A stretch of 64,000 nucleotides of DNA from Alphaproteobacteria bacterium (GTDB lineage Bacteria > Pseudomonadota > Alphaproteobacteria > MPNO01 > UBA830), in the NCBI GenBank assembly GCA_965243135.1, contig OZ251539.1, positions 2,720,001-2,784,000 of the forward strand, read 5' to 3'. Under the pieces are notes generated by a model that did not search any database, was not told the origin of the DNA, and was given only the letters and a program-made list of their open reading frames with translations. Position numbers and translations under genes: made by a program. Below are positions 52,575 to 62,722 of this stretch, in pieces (within the stretch, counting starts at the first letter, position 1; each line of letters opens with the position of its first letter).

Positions 52575-53060
52575 GCGGGTCGCGCGCATGAACGCCGAAA
52601 TCAGTCGACGCCGCGACCGTGGGCCGTTTGCGGCGCCGACAGCCGCTCGCTCAAGAACAGTCTCCCGCGCCGGAGCGCACCGGCCGCCCGACGGGACGCG
52701 CCGGCGCGGCGCGGGAACTCCGGGCCGACGTTCGGCCGGCGGCCTACCCTCTGACGAGACGCATGCTTCCGACCGGCATGACCTCCCTCCGGAAAATCCG
52801 GACGAGGGATTGCTACTACGTCGACAAGACGGAGCATGTGCGCCGCCTCGTCGAAGGGGGCGATTTCCTGTCGCGTCCGCGCCGGTTCGGCAAGACCCTG
52901 CTGGTGGACACGCTGCAGAAGCTGTTCGAGGGAAGCAAGGAGTTGTTCCGGGGCCTCGCCGTGCACGATAAGTGGGACTGGTCGGCGCGCTGTCGTGCGG
53001 CTTAGCTTCAGCAGGGGCAATTTCGTCGTCCAGGACGGGGTAACCATGGAAAGGCAGCTG
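52575..53060 (+). pseudogene. wzt 5' fragment fused to the 5' fragment of AAA copy 5
   Basis: 'atgaacgccgaaatcag' matches the wzt start; followed by 'YYVDKT...LSRPRRFGKT'. Confidence 0.8.
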
Positions 53061-53389
53061 GCGGCGAGGGACCGGACACAGGATCCTTCGCCCCTTTTGC
53101 TGCGACCGACGGACGAGGAGCTTTGCCGCCGGCAACGGCCCGGCGGGACGAGGCGCGCCAGGAAGCGGAAACGTCGCGCGGAGGCAGGCCGGCAGGCGAC
53201 GTTCCGGAAAACGCAGCGCGCGCTCCTGCGCCGCGCCGCCCGGCGAAACGCCGAAAACCCGCCCCGGCGTCGGCCGCGAAACGGTGCGCCGCCGAAAAGG
53301 GACGGCCGCAACTCCGGAAGAGCCGCCTCTCACGAAATCGCGCAGCATTGCGGGCCGGTCGGCGGGGGGGCAATGGCATTTACTGCGGC

Positions 53390-54655
53390 GTAAGCGTTCG
53401 GTCGCGGGGTGACACCTGCCCGTTCCGTCTCCAGTCTCGGCGCAGGGCAGGCCCACGGTGGTTGCTTGTTTCCTCGGGCTTTCCGCCCATGGCTTCGAGC
53501 GAACCCTGGAGGTTTGACGGCGGAAGTCCGCCTCGCCCGACCGGACGACGCTCCCGTTCGACGGAACCGCAGCCTGAAGTTCAGGCGTTTCGCCGCTTGC
53601 GGGCATGCGCGCGCCGCCCCTGCTGCCGCCTCGAGGACAGAGCCCGGCAATGAACGCCACCGCCCCGTTCCCGCCCTGGCGCAAGCGTCTCCCTTGACGA
53701 TCTGCACCGCGGATACCGTCTCTGGAAAGGACGCTCATGATCGCCTTCGAAATCGCCAGACTCGCGGTCACTTCCGCCAACGCGGTCGCGGCCGTCCTCG
53801 CGGCCGTCGACGTATGGCATCCGGTCCGCGCCAACGACGAACGCGGGCAACAACAGCGCGCGGCCACGCAGCAGCAACGCGAAGCCGAAGAACGCCGCCA
53901 CGAGGAGAACAAGACGGCGCTCAAAGCGCCGATTGCCGACAGCCAGACCGCCGCGCCGGAAACCGTCGCCGAACGGACGACGGGGCGGGAAGAAAGGGCG
54001 CCTGACGCCGTTCGCCGCCGGCGAGACCTCGAAGTCGAGCGACTGTCGCGCGGGGCGCAAGTCCCGGCGCCGTCGTTCGCGACCGACCGCGGCACTGGCG
54101 CACCTTCCGCTTCGGTGCGCACGTGGCCAGCGACAACGCCGCTTGCAGGCGCAAAACTCGACGAGTGGCCTATTCTCCGTTTCTTGCGCAAGGCTTGCCG
54201 CGGACAGCGGCCAGGAACCCGGCAAGCGCGGCGCGCGTCCGCGCGACGGCGACCCGGGCTGTCGCCCGCCGCCGGGCCTCTCGTCGTTCTTCCGCACGGT
54301 GCGCTCGCTCTTGCGGCCGAACTTGTCAAGCTTGCGCGCCGCGGGCGTCGCTCGTCGAGTCGCTTCCTCGACTTCGCCGCGGGCCGCCCGTTCGTTCGCC
54401 GAAGAGGCCGACTTCAGGCGTTTCGGCTCGTTGCGCGCCGCCTCGGCGGCGCCGCGTTCTCCGGAACGTCGCCTGCCGACTTGCCTCCGCGCGACGTTTC
54501 CGCCTCCTGGCGCGCCTCGTCCCGCCGCCGGAGGCTCGTTGCCAGCAGCAAGACCCGCTGTCCGTTGGTCGCTTCGAAGCAAAGATGAGAGGCGAAGGAT
54601 CCCGTGTCCGGTCCCCGGGCGAAATTTTTTCTTCCTTCGGGTAGCGAACGCTTAC
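53390..54655. mobile_element. Two-ended non-autonomous element (IS66-like GTAA ends) with small passenger ORF
   Basis: gtaagcgttcg...cgaacgcttac inverted ends; no transposase; ORF from 53737 'MIAFEIARLAV...RRHEE'. Confidence 0.8.
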
Positions 54656-54759
54656 AATGGCGAAAGTGGGTTGAAAGTCGGCGCGAGCGGCATATATCAA
54701 TTTCCGAGGCCATGCGGGACCGTCAGGGCAACGCGGCTCAACTGCGAAAGAAGCGGTCG

Positions 54760-55887
54760 ATGCAGATCGACATGCATTACTACGGCGCCTACGCCATGGC
54801 GCGCTCGGCCGGTCTCGACCGGGAGGCGGCCCGGGTCGTCGCAACCTCGTCTCAATTCGTCGACGACAACGTAGCGAAGGACCATGTGACCTTCCGGGAC
54901 GGGTCACGCATCGACACGGAAGCCACGGCCCATCATCCCGTCGACCTCTCCAACCGCGACGAACGCGACCAACGCCGGGTATGGGTCCCGTTCCATTTCA
55001 TACCCGGCAATATCGGCGCGACCTATACGGAGCGCTTGAAGTGCCGCATGGACAGCGAGCTCGCGCGGGAGATGCGGGACCACCACCTGACATATTCGGA
55101 CCGCGCCTTCGCGCTGCATCTGCTGGGCATCGCCACCCACGTCTATGCCGACACGTTCTCGCATTACGGATTTTCAGGCGTCAGTTCCCGCGGCAACAAG
55201 GTCGACAACGACAGTTTTCGCTTCCACGAGGATGTCGAGGGCGCCGACGACTCGGTCGCGGCATTGCCGCCCAGGACAAAGGATTACGTCACAGAGAAAG
55301 CCACAGCGTTCTTTCAAAAAAGAGGTGCGCACGGCGGCCTGTTAACCAACATCCAGAGTTGGCTTGCCGAAGAAGCGTCGGGGGCGCTGGGACACGGCTC
55401 CGTCGCCACTCTGCCCGACCGACCCTATCTCGTCTGGAGTTTCGACTACGAGCGGCCGGACGCGGTCGCCGGGATACGAAGCGCGCGCAACAACCCCGTC
55501 ACCTTTCTGGCGGGTTGCCGAGCGCTGCACGGCATGTTCCGGCGGTTCGCACGCCTGCGGCCGGGCCTCGACGCCGGCGACGGCCGCGACTTCGAAGCCA
55601 TCGCGCCGCGCGTGCGAGAGATTCTGCTCATCCAAGCCGATAAGGCCGAGCGTATCGCGGCCTGGCGGGACGCCGCGCGGGCGGGAGCGTTGTTCGGCAA
55701 GAACGGAGAGGAGATTCCGGACTACGAAGGCGAGAGTTGGAACGCTCGATGGGAGGAGCTGGACGGCGGCGATGATTACGGAACTGCGATGGATACGCAT
55801 ATATGGCGTTTTTATCAGGCTGCCTCTTTGCACCGGACCTATGTGCTGCGCGACCTCCTGCCGAAGCACGGGCTCATCGTCGATTAG
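54760..55887 (+). CDS. DUF6765-like protein (His/Asp-rich putative metallo-hydrolase)
   Basis: 'MQIDMHYY', 'SQFVDD', 'WVPFHFIPG', 'GIATHVYADTFSHYGFSG'. Confidence 0.75.
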   Translation: MQIDMHYYGAYAMARSAGLDREAARVVATSSQFVDDNVAKDHVTFRDGSRIDTEATAHHPVDLSNRDERDQRRVWVPFHFIPGNIGATYTERLKCRMDSELAREMRDHHLTYSDRAFALHLLGIATHVYADTFSHYGFSGVSSRGNKVDNDSFRFHEDVEGADDSVAALPPRTKDYVTEKATAFFQKRGAHGGLLTNIQSWLAEEASGALGHGSVATLPDRPYLVWSFDYERPDAVAGIRSARNNPVTFLAGCRALHGMFRRFARLRPGLDAGDGRDFEAIAPRVREILLIQADKAERIAAWRDAARAGALFGKNGEEIPDYEGESWNARWEELDGGDDYGTAMDTHIWRFYQAASLHRTYVLRDLLPKHGLIVD

Positions 55888-56775
55888 CATCGGAACCTGA
55901 CTGTCAACGAAGGCAACGGCGCGGCACGCCGGACGGGTTCGTCGACGCAGTTCCCACACATGGTCCGCCAGCGTCGTTACTGCGCCGCCGGTCGACCGCA
56001 GCCCAGGCGCTTGTCGCCGCGCCGAGGCTACGCTCCAGGTACACGCGGAATGGCCGGGCGACAGTCAGGCGAACCGCGTCTTCGCACGCCGTCTCGTCCG
56101 CGCTCCACCGAACGAGAATCTCCGGCGAGCGCCAGAACGCCAGCTTGGCCCCGTTCGCCCGGCCGCGTCTTGCGCCGCGGCGCGTTGCCCCGGCTGACGG
56201 GACATGCCGCGAGGCTGGCAGCGGTTTTCGTCGCAGGCGCGAGCGCCGCCATGACCGGAGAAGCATCGAGAACCGACTCCTATCCGCCGACGCAGTACAG
56301 CGAGGACAGCCGCACGCCGGGACGGGAAGAAGCGGCAGCAGTCGGCCGAACCGTCGTTCCGAAGACCGCGAGAGTCGCTGTCGCGCCCGTCAACGGAAAT
56401 CGCAGAGCTTTCGCGGAAGCGCGGGGCGGACAGCACGGGCTTTTTGGGCATATGCTTGTCGGACGATTGAACGTTCCCGACATGAGATCGCCTTTGACAA
56501 GAATTCCCGTCGCGGCGCGCGCCTGACCCACCGTCGCGGCCAACCCGGCACCATTCCCTGCGCCGCCGCTGTCCGCACCGCTGCCGTCTCTTCGCGCCGC
56601 TGCCGTCTCGCCGATCTCGCGCCGCTGCCGCCTCCTCAAGGGCGGCGCTTGGCGATGCCATTCTTGAATTCGCCCTGCTCCGGGTTGATCGGAGGAGCGT
56701 TTTCGCGCATTCTCCGCCCGGTTCGGGAGATTGTCGCCGGACGTCTCGACCTCGCTCAGTCTTCGGGAGGGAGCC

Positions 56776-57207
56776 ATGCCTGCAGTCGCCTTCGACACGC
56801 TCCGCGCCAAACAGGCTCTCACGGCGGCCGGATTTCCCGAGAATCAAGCCGACGCCGTCGTCGTAATGACTGGAGACGCTCTCACCGAAGGCGTCGCGAC
56901 AAAGCTGGACATCGGCGATCTCAAAGGCGACATCTCCAGGCTCGACGCCAAGATCGACAGCACCGCGGCGCAGCTCCGCGGCGACTTCAAGTCCGAAATT
57001 GCGCAGCTCGAAGTCAAACTCGACGGCAAGATCGACAAGACCGCGGATCTGCTCCGCGGCGAAATCAAGTCCGAGAGCGCCAAGATAGAGGCCAAGATCG
57101 ACGCCAGGATCTCCGGACTCGAAAGCAAAATCCTCCGCATCAGCACTGCCCTCGGCGCCGGCACGGCCACCGTCGGGCTCGTCGCCATCCTGGTCAAGCT
57201 CCTGTAA
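56776..57207 (+). CDS. DUF1640/CCDC90-like coiled-coil membrane-anchored protein
   Basis: 'AFDTL..L.AAGFPENQADA', 'ATKLDI', heptad repeats, C-terminal TM; GGAGG RBS. Confidence 0.85.
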   Translation: MPAVAFDTLRAKQALTAAGFPENQADAVVVMTGDALTEGVATKLDIGDLKGDISRLDAKIDSTAAQLRGDFKSEIAQLEVKLDGKIDKTADLLRGEIKSESAKIEAKIDARISGLESKILRISTALGAGTATVGLVAILVKLL

Positions 57208-58239
57208 CGAGAGGCGTTTGCGCCGCAGCAACCCCGCCAGGGCGACAGGCCCTTTGCGGGAGCGGGCGTTGCCGACGGACGAATCGCCACGGCGCGCGTC
57301 TCCCTCCCGGGCGCCGGACTGTTGCGGACCGCCCTTCGCCCGGCGGTTCGTCGGCAGGGCGGCGTCGAGGCGGCCGCAGCGAGAGCGGCTTGCGGTTCCG
57401 TAATTTTCCGGGCGGAGCCCTGCGAGCGCCGCAGCGGCGAGGCCGAGCAGATCCTCGTCGTCCGCGAGGCCCGCCTTGCGGACGTCGGCCGTCTTCGGAA
57501 AGCGCTGGCGGACCGGCCCGTTCGCGCGCTCGTTCAGCCCGCGTCGGCGGCGCGGTCGAGCGAAGAAAACCGACGCAGCTTCCGCGACATTCTTGCGAGC
57601 CGCGAACTCCTTGCCGCTCGCGTGCGCGAACACCTCCACCGGACGCGCGCCCGTTTCCTCGGTCGGCCGACCGCCAGGCGCGGCCAGCGACGCAAACCTG
57701 GAGGCGCGGTCCGCAGGCGGCAGCGCGGCGCGGCCGTGTCGCCGTCCGGGGCTTCCCGGCCTTCGGACGCATGTCCACCCGACGCGGGCGCGGCGCTTCC
57801 CGCCGCTTCGCCAGGAGCGCCGCCGACTTCTTGTCGTCCTCCGCGCGCCGGCAGGTCCGTTGACCGCGAATCCGCCGCGCGGAGGACCGGCCGAGATTCT
57901 CGATATAGCTCCCCGTTACTGGGAAAACCGGCACGTTCGCGACATGACTTACGACGAGGATCGCCGCCGTAACCACGCCGGCGGCAGTGCCCGTGCACTC
58001 GCTCGCAACGCCTCCATCGTTCGGTTGCGCGGACGTTTCGACTCCGCAGGCTCACCGGCACTACGACCCGCGCCAGGCCGTTCGAGAGCTGACCACGGAG
58101 ATCTTCTGACGCCCGACGGCGGCCTCGCCTCTCGCACCGCCGCCTGCCGCCACCCCTGCCGTCTCGCCGATCTCGCGCCGCTGACGCCTCCTCGCGGGCA
58201 GCGCTTGGCAATGACCGCGCCATTCTTGAATTCGCCCTG
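57125..58239 (+). repeat. Second copy of the 1.1-kb DUF1640/IS30/ISAs1 block
   Basis: Direct repeat of 36886-38039; followed immediately by an IS1380-like end 'gatatccgggttag'. Confidence 0.88.
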
Positions 58240-58370
58240 GATATCCGGGTTAGTCGATTGCCTGATTTCATGGCGGACGCTAAAATAGTCAGGTTGTACG
58301 GCAACGACCTGGAAGCCGTTGGGCCGACCCAGCAAGTCCAACGCCGAGAAGCGGACTTCAACCGGAAGCC

Positions 58371-61300
58371 ATGACGATATTCATAAATCTCGACCGGCGA
58401 TTTTCCGATTTGACGGAAGACGATTTAGAAGACATCGACCTTTGGGTGAGCGGAAATTCGTTCGTCTCCGGCATCGGCTGGCCGGAACTGCTCGACTGCT
58501 CGCGGGTTGTCCTGTTGGCGGAAGCAGGCGCCGGAAAGACCCGGGAGATGAAGGCGCAAGCGGACCGCCTCGCGGGAATGGGCAAGCCTGCGTTTTTCGG
58601 GCCGCTGGAAGACCTCGACCGCGGTCCGTTCTCCGATCTCCTTTCCCAAGAGGAGGAAAGGAGGTTCGAAACGTGGAAGAAGGACGGCGCAGAGCCAGCC
58701 TGGTTTTTTCTGGATGCGGTGGACGAACTGAAACTCACGCGAGGAACGCTGGATCGGGCGCTAAGGCGATTCTCCAAAGACATCGACGGCCATCTTTCCC
58801 GCGCTCGCGTCTTCATTTCGTGCCGTCCCAGCGACTGGCGACCGGTAATCGATCTGACCACCGTTCGCGAGCGGCTGCCGATGCCGGCAAAGAACGCCGA
58901 TGTCTCCGTACGGTCGCCTGAAGAAAGGTTCACGGATCCGCTTGTCCCCTCTGAACCCGGCTTTCTCGAACCGGGCGACCGCCACCAGGCAATGGCGGTG
59001 CGGAAAGCCCCGGAGGCCACCGTGCTCATGCTTCCGATGGACGACGCCATGATCAAGCGTTTCGCGCACGAGTTCGTTCATGACGCTCATGACGCGGCCG
59101 CGTTCCTGGAAGAGATCGAACGCCAGAACGCGTGGACGTTCGCGCGGCGTCCCCTGGATCTGGAAACGTTGGCCGCGACCTGGAGGAATTTGGGGCTTCT
59201 GGGCACGCTGGAACGGCAGCACGAGGAGAATGTCAAAACGAAGTTGAAGGACGATACCGACCGGGCCGACAGCGGCGTTCTTTGCGATATTCAGGCTCGA
59301 GCGGGTGCGGAAGCGCTCGCCTTGGGTCTGGCCTTGACGCGGACGCGCACCATTCGTTCTCCGGAGCAGGCGTTGGGTACGGAACGATCGGACGAAGTTC
59401 TCGACGCGGCCAAAGTCCTGCCCTGCTGGACGGAAGCGCAACGGCGCTCGCTGCTCCGCCGCGCCCTTTTCGATCCCGCCACCTACGGGCGCGTCCGTTT
59501 CCATCACCGTTCGGTTCAGGAGTATCTGGCGGCCGGCTGTCTGCGTAGACTCAAAGAACAAGGGATGCCGGTCAAGAATCTGTTCCGGCTGTTGTTCGCC
59601 GAACGGTGTGGGCTTCGTGTAGTTTTCCCCTCGATGCGCGCCATCGCCGCGTGGCTCGCCCTGTGGGAACCACGCGTAAGGAAGGAGTTGCTCGAACGGG
59701 AACCCGAAGCGCTGGTTCTGGAAGGCGACCCTGGATCTCTGGACCTGCATATCCGCGATGAAGTCGTGCGTGCCTTCGTAGACAAATACGGCCGCGGCAC
59801 AGTCGCGCATGCCCTCGTAGACAAACGTGGCGACGAGCGCGGCCTGAACCTCGACGGGGTTCGCAGACTTGCGCATCCTGATCTCGCGCCGGTAATTCGA
59901 CGCTGCTGGGGACGAGGACCGGCGAACGAAGATGTACTCAGCTTGCTGCTGGCGTTGATCAGGTTCGGGCCGACGGAAGCGTGCGCCGATCTCGCCGCCG
60001 CTGCAGCGCGCAAGACGACCTGGGCGCCTTATCACCGCATAATGGCAATCCGCGCTCTCGTCGCTTGCGACCGGGGGAGCGAGCTCCGCGGCATCGTCGA
60101 CGCCATGCTGAAAGATTCGGCATCGTGGCCGGACGAAGTCGTGAATGGCGTCCTGGCGGAACTGTTCCCGAAGTTCATCGGGGCGGAACACGCGCTTGCG
60201 TTGATAGAGCGGGCAAACGATCCGCAACAAGGCAGTATTGATTTCACCCAGTTGCACAAGATCGTCGAGGCAGCCGATCCGCTCTCGGATGCGATGATTT
60301 CACTGCGCGACGGCATGGCGGAACTCATCTGGCGGACGCGGGCGCCCGAACCGAGTCTATCGGACATTCGCAGCAAGTTCGAACATCTGGCAGAGCCGCT
60401 CGCCGCCATTTGCGATCGGCAGCTATCGGCGCCGGATCCTGCGCTGATCCGCGCTTGCGTGATTGCATCCCGCTTCGGCAGCCGCCTTTTGATACCGAAA
60501 GAAAAGGTCCAACGGCTCAGGCGCCGGTTCCGCAATACTCCAGGGCTGCGCCCCGAAGCGTTCTGGGCCGAGTTGAAGTTCATGGATGCGGTGGTTCCGG
60601 TCGACGACGGCCGCCGGCGTCGGGATCACGCCGCATATAACAGCCTTACCGGTTCTCCGGATGCAACGGATCGTTCCTGGTTGCTGAAGGCTCTGGCCGA
60701 CAAGAGTCAAGCGAGCCGGCGACCCGTCGCGCTCTGGGCCTTGCTCGACATTTGGCGTCGGCACGGGCGCTCCCCTGAGGAACGGCGCGTCATCCGGAAC
60801 GCCGTAGGGGGAGACCCGGCTCTGGAGTTCATCGTGGAAGAGTTCGAAGCGCCCCCGGAACCGGGCGAAGGAATTCGGACTGATGAACTGATGGCGCAAG
60901 CGAAGAACGATGCCGACGCGCGCCGCCTGAAAAGCTGGAAAGACTGGCGAGACAGGCTGATCGCGGAACCCGACGAGGCATTTTCTCGGGAACGGATGCG
61001 GGGAACCCTTTCCAGTCTCCACGAATGGCTCAAGGAGGCCAGTCAACAACAGCACCGTGTCTGGGATAAGGACGCATTGAGCGGGGCATTCGGCACGGAC
61101 ATCGCCGACCGTGCCGAGCGGGCCTTGAAGACGCTTTGGCGCACTGTGCGGCCCTTACTCTGGTCCGAGAGATCGCACGCAGCGAGAAACAGGAATAATG
61201 TTTCGCCCGAAGACTTGATCTTGGAACTTATGGGCGTTTCGGCCGAAGCCGCATCACCAGGGTGGGCGGAGGCGCTGTCGCCGGAGGACGCCAGAACGGC

Positions 61301-62714
61301 CGCGGCTTATGCGACCATCGAGTCGAACGGGTTCGCGCCGTTTATCGACGACCTTGCGCGGTCCCGCCCCGAGGTCGTAACGGAAGTAATCGGCACCGAA
61401 ATAGGCGCCGAACTTCGCCTTGGGCACGAACACGATTACTTGCCGTCCTTGAACGGCTTGATCCTTTCTCATGCCGAACACGCCGAACTCCGGACTTTGC
61501 TCGTACCCCGCTTTGCGGCCGAACTGGAGTCATGGCCTGTTGGTTTCCGTGACACGGACAACCCAAGATGGACGAGACATTTTGAAAAGGTTATGAGCTT
61601 TCTGCTCCTGAGCGATCGAACGCGGATCGCCCGCCTGTGCTGCGAACAGTTTAGACGCGATCCGGGAGGGGCGCTGGCGCTCGTATGGCTCCGGGGATTG
61701 GTCCGGTCGGATCCTGCGCAAGGCGCGCCGATACTGATCGAAAGCGTCACCAGCGGCGACGGCTTCGCGCGCGACGCGACGTTCGCCCAGATGCGGGACT
61801 GCTTCGGGGCGATTTACACGGACGTTACGGATCCTTCAAAGAGAGTGGATATCCTCGAGCCGCTCCTCCGGTGCGCTTACGCCCCGTCGGAGCTTCCGGG
61901 CGACCGCAAAGCAGCGCAGCGCACCCGGGAACATTTGCTCAATCTGCTGCTGTATACGCCGGGACCGGAGGCTCGCCGAGCCGTCCGGAGACTTGCGAAC
62001 GAAGCCGAATTTGCGGACGAGCGAGATCTCATGCTCCTGCTGAACCGAGACCAAACTGCACTCGATGCCGAGTTTTCTCCATTCGCGCCGGAAGACATCG
62101 CGGCGTTGCAGGAACGCTTGGAGGCCCCGCCAAGGGACCGAGACGGACTGTTCGCGGTCATGTTGGACCGGCTGGACGATCTCGCCCACGAGATCATGCA
62201 CGGCGAATTTTCGGATCTGCAGACGCTGCGGAAAATCGACGCCGAGCCGGAAATGCAACGTACGCTCGCCATGCGCCTCGATCTCATGGCGAACGGCGTC
62301 TATCGGGTCACGCGCGAGGAAGAGGTCGCCGACAATAAGCGCACGGACATCCGGCTCGTTACGGAAGATAACAAGGCGGCGATCGAAGTGAAAATCGCCG
62401 ATCACTGGACTCTCAAACAACTTGAGCGGGCGCTTCGCGATCAACTTTTAGGACGGTACATGCGGCACAGGGACTGCAAGGCTGGTTGTCTATTGTTGAC
62501 GTATCATGGCCGAAAATCCTGGCAGCAGGAGTGCGCCGGAAAACGAAAACGCCTGGAGTTCAAGGACGTGATCGAATTTCTTGCAAAAAGAACGGAAGCG
62601 CACGACGTTCGCGTTGCCGTGTTCGGCTTGGACCTTGACTCTGCACAGGTCGTGGCGGTCGAGCTGCAATTCCCGCCAAGGGTCGAAACCATTGGAACAA
62701 AAAAATTTTCGTAG
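58371..62714 (+). CDS. Large STAND/NACHT-like NTPase with C-terminal PD-(D/E)XK nuclease (candidate antiphage protein)
   Basis: Walker A 'LLAEAGAGKT', Walker B 'FFLDAVDE', 'ISCRP', winged-helix 'RFHHRSVQEYLAA', C-terminal 'EEEVADNKRTDIRL...AIEVK'. Confidence 0.85.
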   Translation: MTIFINLDRRFSDLTEDDLEDIDLWVSGNSFVSGIGWPELLDCSRVVLLAEAGAGKTREMKAQADRLAGMGKPAFFGPLEDLDRGPFSDLLSQEEERRFETWKKDGAEPAWFFLDAVDELKLTRGTLDRALRRFSKDIDGHLSRARVFISCRPSDWRPVIDLTTVRERLPMPAKNADVSVRSPEERFTDPLVPSEPGFLEPGDRHQAMAVRKAPEATVLMLPMDDAMIKRFAHEFVHDAHDAAAFLEEIERQNAWTFARRPLDLETLAATWRNLGLLGTLERQHEENVKTKLKDDTDRADSGVLCDIQARAGAEALALGLALTRTRTIRSPEQALGTERSDEVLDAAKVLPCWTEAQRRSLLRRALFDPATYGRVRFHHRSVQEYLAAGCLRRLKEQGMPVKNLFRLLFAERCGLRVVFPSMRAIAAWLALWEPRVRKELLEREPEALVLEGDPGSLDLHIRDEVVRAFVDKYGRGTVAHALVDKRGDERGLNLDGVRRLAHPDLAPVIRRCWGRGPANEDVLSLLLALIRFGPTEACADLAAAAARKTTWAPYHRIMAIRALVACDRGSELRGIVDAMLKDSASWPDEVVNGVLAELFPKFIGAEHALALIERANDPQQGSIDFTQLHKIVEAADPLSDAMISLRDGMAELIWRTRAPEPSLSDIRSKFEHLAEPLAAICDRQLSAPDPALIRACVIASRFGSRLLIPKEKVQRLRRRFRNTPGLRPEAFWAELKFMDAVVPVDDGRRRRDHAAYNSLTGSPDATDRSWLLKALADKSQASRRPVALWALLDIWRRHGRSPEERRVIRNAVGGDPALEFIVEEFEAPPEPGEGIRTDELMAQAKNDADARRLKSWKDWRDRLIAEPDEAFSRERMRGTLSSLHEWLKEASQQQHRVWDKDALSGAFGTDIADRAERALKTLWRTVRPLLWSERSHAARNRNNVSPEDLILELMGVSAEAASPGWAEALSPEDARTAAAYATIESNGFAPFIDDLARSRPEVVTEVIGTEIGAELRLGHEHDYLPSLNGLILSHAEHAELRTLLVPRFAAELESWPVGFRDTDNPRWTRHFEKVMSFLLLSDRTRIARLCCEQFRRDPGGALALVWLRGLVRSDPAQGAPILIESVTSGDGFARDATFAQMRDCFGAIYTDVTDPSKRVDILEPLLRCAYAPSELPGDRKAAQRTREHLLNLLLYTPGPEARRAVRRLANEAEFADERDLMLLLNRDQTALDAEFSPFAPEDIAALQERLEAPPRDRDGLFAVMLDRLDDLAHEIMHGEFSDLQTLRKIDAEPEMQRTLAMRLDLMANGVYRVTREEEVADNKRTDIRLVTEDNKAAIEVKIADHWTLKQLERALRDQLLGRYMRHRDCKAGCLLLTYHGRKSWQQECAGKRKRLEFKDVIEFLAKRTEAHDVRVAVFGLDLDSAQVVAVELQFPPRVETIGTKKFS

Positions 62715-62722
62715 ACTTTTCC

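Noticed and set aside
55803-57863. 686-aa ORF and overlapping 524-aa antisense ORF
   Set aside because: They span repeats, IS debris and the real DUF1640 gene; the composition is that of non-coding GC-rich frames.
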